A stretch of 63,969 nucleotides of DNA, the filler included, from Octopus bimaculoides (lineage: Eukaryota), in the NCBI RefSeq assembly GCF_001194135.2. It is 4 parts of 4 records of this genome, joined end to end, with 100 filler letters (N's around TTAATTAATTAA, not from the genome) between each part and the next. Parts side by side here need not be neighbours in the genome. Positions count along the whole stretch, not along the records: positions 58,636 to 63,969 come from NC_068981.1; 3 more parts are not named here. One strand, given 5' to 3'. Of the stretch, positions 62,961 through 63,969 are shown piece by piece. The notes beneath the pieces are model-generated. The model did not search any database. It was not told the origin of the DNA and saw only the letters and a list, made by a program, of their open reading frames with translations. The stretch's first letter is position 1, and every line of letters begins with the position of its first letter. The translations under genes were made by a program, and so were the position numbers.

Positions 62961-63888
62961 ACACCATGATAATATGGAAATAGCAGCTAGGCAAAATTGC
63001 AGCTAGGCGTGAAATAATTGTTATTCAATCTGATCCTTCTCTTCATTTAGGGATAGCTAACCCGATTATGAAACTTTTCTGTAAATTATTTAAACACCTC
63101 GTCCAGAGATTAAAGAAGTTTTAATGAAAGATACTATAAAAAATCTCTGACTCTACTACATCCAACTTTGCTCAAAATGTCGTCTCATCAACCTCTCTTA
63201 ACTGAATAATGCATGAAATGTATATATTTGTTAAATTCTAATCCATTTAAATTCAGCACCAACCAGCATACATACAGGTTTCGAAACAAGTAAAAGCAAT
63301 GTCACTTGCTTTTTAGCTACTGCTGGTATTCGAAGCTTAGAAATTAACAATAAACTAACTTAAAATGAAGAAGCGTATCTAAATTATACAACAGATAAGG
63401 AACAGCGTGCTCTTATTAGCACTCTTTACATAACGCAGTATTTAAATTCCTTCTTCCCAAACTCCCACACTTAACTGACAACACACAAACAATATTTTTT
63501 TGTGTCAACAAAAGTATTTCAAACTTTAGGATTTGTAACCTATAATTTGTAACCTATCACACATCCTACTGGTTAATCTACCACTCGAGATTTCCCGACC
63601 TGCTGTTTAACGCTTCCCACGCAGGCGCTATTCTTCGTAATTCATACAACGACAAACACCATATTTCCACCGCCACTACCACGTACCTATGAATATTAGC
63701 ATCAAATACTCCATCAATTTAGTTCTGACGTCTTCTGAACCGCTCGAACGCATTTATTCACTCTGACTATTTGGATTTCTTCATTGAAATTTTATATTTT
63801 ATGTTGTATAATTCATTTCATATTTCGATTTGATCTATATTTTTCGCTGAACTTAGTGCAAATTACTCTTTTCATGTTTGTATACCTA

Positions 63889-63969
<81 letters not shown>

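Overview
AT-rich, microsatellite-dense animal genomic DNA. The SINE/LINE repertoire resembles octopus/cephalopod repeats (inference, not database-checked). The window contains three artificial N44-TTAATTAATTAA-N44 joins, so it is four sequence blocks of uncertain adjacency. The only host gene I can support is a minus-strand CDKL1-like kinase, seen as four internal coding exons (122, 73, 91 and 201 nt, GT-AG, phases compatible); its first coding exon and its 3' exons were not found. The rest is decayed mobile DNA: many R4/Dong-type RLE LINE pieces in (TAA)n tracts, L1/Tx1, RTE, CR1-like and Penelope-like fragments, a complete but inactivated IR/DR Tc1 element, a hAT remnant and tRNA-derived SINEs. 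The main unexplained structure is a 2.2-kb insertion (46659-48883) that splits a Dong-type RT gene in frame. It has a 10/12 target-site duplication and is bounded by ~230-bp inverted repeats, each carrying an outward-facing type I hammerhead ribozyme, around L1/Tx1 remnants. A third hammerhead with the same core peculiarities lies at 27890-28005.
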